A stretch of 64,000 bases of DNA. It comes from Curvibacter sp. Its GTDB lineage: Bacteria > Pseudomonadota > Gammaproteobacteria > Burkholderiales > Burkholderiaceae_C. Below are positions 61,853-64,000 of this stretch, one piece after another (the first letter of the stretch is position 1; each line of letters begins with the position of its first letter). The position numbers and the translations under genes were made by a program. The stretch is from assembly GCA_020248905.1 (NCBI GenBank), contig JADCGR010000026.1:5321-69320 (forward strand), in the 5' to 3' direction. The notes below the pieces were generated by a model. That model was not told the origin of the DNA. It did not search any database and saw only the letters and a program-made list of their open reading frames with translations.

Positions 61853-62647
<795 letters not shown>

Positions 62648-62684
62648 TCACTATCTGGCACCAAGGGCGCGCAGGGGGCTGCAA

Positions 62685-63827
62685 TCAGCCGACAGCCGCC
62701 TGCACACGGTTGCGCCCACCCTGCTTGGCCGCGTACAGGGCCTGGTCGGCGCGCTCGACGAGTTCGGCCGCCAGCGCTGCGGCGTCTTTGGCGTCACCCG
62801 TCTGCAGGAGCGCAGCTCCGAGCGACACCGTGATCCGCAGCGGCTCGCTGGCGGCAACGGGCATGGACTGCGCCGCGATCACGCGGCGGATGCGCTCGGC
62901 AATCTCCAGCGCGGCGGGCAGCGCCGTGGCGGGCAAGAGCAGCACGAACTCTTCGCCGCCGTAGCGCGCCACCACATCGCTGCCACGCAGCTGCGCGCGG
63001 ATCAGCCGGGCCACATAGCGCAGTACGGCGTCGCCCGCCGGATGGCCATACGTGTCATTGATGCGCTTGAAATGATCGACGTCGAGGATGAGGCAGACCA
63101 GCGGCAGCTTGCTGCGACGCGCGGACTGCACCTCCTCCAGGCAGCGCGACTCAAAGTAGCGCCGGTTGTGTACGCCAGTCAGCGCGTCGGTCAGGCCCGC
63201 GAGCTTGAGACGCTCGGTAGACAGCGCGCTGTCGAGGCAAACGGCCACAAGGGCAGCGAGCCGATCGAGGAAATCGGTGCTGTTGCCGGCCACAAAACGC
63301 GCCGGGTCGCGGCTGCACAGATTGAGGCTGCCGATGCAGATCCCGCGATGCACCAGCGGCAGCAGCGCTGCACTGGCCGGCGCCGCACCCAAGCCCTCTA
63401 AAAGGAAGGCCTGATCCGGCGCAGGCCGACCCAGGCGAGGGACGGTGACACCAGCAAAGACCTGCTGCAAGGGCTGCTCGTCATGCAGCAGGACCAGGCC
63501 GTCGGGACGGCCCTGGCCAGCCGCGAGCAGATGCTCCACCTCGTGGTCGGGGTCCAGCAGCGCGAGGGTCACGGCGTCAAGAGCGAACAGGGACGGGTAG
63601 TCCACAAGCAGCGTGCGCACGAGGGCCATGAGCGAAGGCGCGCCGATGACTTGCCGCTCCAGCCGGTCGAAGCGACGCAGCTTGTTCTCGTTGAGGCGAG
63701 CCTCGGCAATCAGTGCGTCCAGCCGCTCGCGCAGGCGCAGGTTCTCGGCCTGCAGCAAGGCAACCGACAGCCGCGCACCGTGCGTCGCCGGCTCTGTGGG
63801 GGTGAGATCGCTCCCGGCGGGGGTCAT
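62685..63827 (-). CDS. Diguanylate cyclase with a GGDEF domain (GGEEF active site) and an N-terminal coiled-coil/DUF484-like sensor region
   Basis: ORF 62685..63899 trimmed to the ATG at 63827: LTGVHNRRYFE...LDVDHFKRINDTYGHPAGD...ARYGGEEFVLLLP. Confidence 0.85.
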   Translation of the reverse strand: MTPAGSDLTPTEPATHGARLSVALLQAENLRLRERLDALIAEARLNENKLRRFDRLERQVIGAPSLMALVRTLLVDYPSLFALDAVTLALLDPDHEVEHLLAAGQGRPDGLVLLHDEQPLQQVFAGVTVPRLGRPAPDQAFLLEGLGAAPASAALLPLVHRGICIGSLNLCSRDPARFVAGNSTDFLDRLAALVAVCLDSALSTERLKLAGLTDALTGVHNRRYFESRCLEEVQSARRSKLPLVCLILDVDHFKRINDTYGHPAGDAVLRYVARLIRAQLRGSDVVARYGGEEFVLLLPATALPAALEIAERIRRVIAAQSMPVAASEPLRITVSLGAALLQTGDAKDAAALAAELVERADQALYAAKQGGRNRVQAAVG

Positions 63828-63870
63828 GGCGCCATGGTAACGCGCGTGGATGAGCGCGCGATGGCAGCGC

Positions 63871-64000
63871 TTAGCGGCTGGGGGCCAGCAGCACGTCAAC
63901 GGTGCTCAGCCAGCGCACGTGGCGCGGACCGGGCCTTACGTCCTGCAGCGCACGCAGCGTGGGCAGGCCGTCACGCGCCACAAGGTCGTCGTCACCATGC
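63871..64000 (-). CDS. C-terminal 43 codons of an unidentified gene running off the right edge
   Basis: My minus-strand translation is ...HGDDDLVARDGLPTLRALQDVRPGPRHVRWLSTVDVLLAPSR, ending at TAA (63871-63873). Codons are GC3-rich and I recognise no motif. Confidence 0.3.
   Translation of the reverse strand, partial: HGDDDLVARDGLPTLRALQDVRPGPRHVRWLSTVDVLLAPSR

Overview
This is a 64-kb high-GC chromosomal segment. Gene order and protein motifs suggest a beta-proteobacterium, probably Comamonadaceae-like; no database search was run, so that is inference.

**1-23.3 kb, core housekeeping.** glnA (partial), several conserved enzymes and membrane proteins, gph-ubiG and an OmpA-family lipoprotein, then gyrA-serC-pheA-tyrA-aroA/cmk(fusion)-rpsA-ihfB-lapA-lapB-hldA-hldD.

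**From 23.3 kb, accessory content:**
- A decayed group II intron fills the gap between two convergent genes.
- An oxoprolinase / wHTH regulator / TRAP transporter module.
- A crcB-cobA-CMD/Rieske operon.
- A complete, compact type II-C CRISPR-Cas9 locus: a predicted tracrRNA divergent from cas9, cas9 (1018 aa), cas1, cas2, and 13 identical 36-nt repeats with 12 spacers of 30 nt. The array appears to be transcribed antisense to the cas genes.
- An AorABC-like tungsten aldehyde oxidoreductase operon that reads directly into the array.
- A GST and chrA.
- A Cus/Czc-type heavy-metal RND cluster with unusual His-rich accessory proteins.
- A roughly 4-kb patch holding a low-GC orphan gene and eroded genes.
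- modABC, then a GGDEF protein.

I found no convincing, wholly new multi-gene system. The most novel-looking items are the uncharacterised Cas9/tracrRNA pair, the way its leaderless array may be expressed and insulated, the intron insertion site, and the low-GC orphan.

All product names come from motif recognition in the supplied translations. The many long antisense ORFs are treated as high-GC shadow ORFs.
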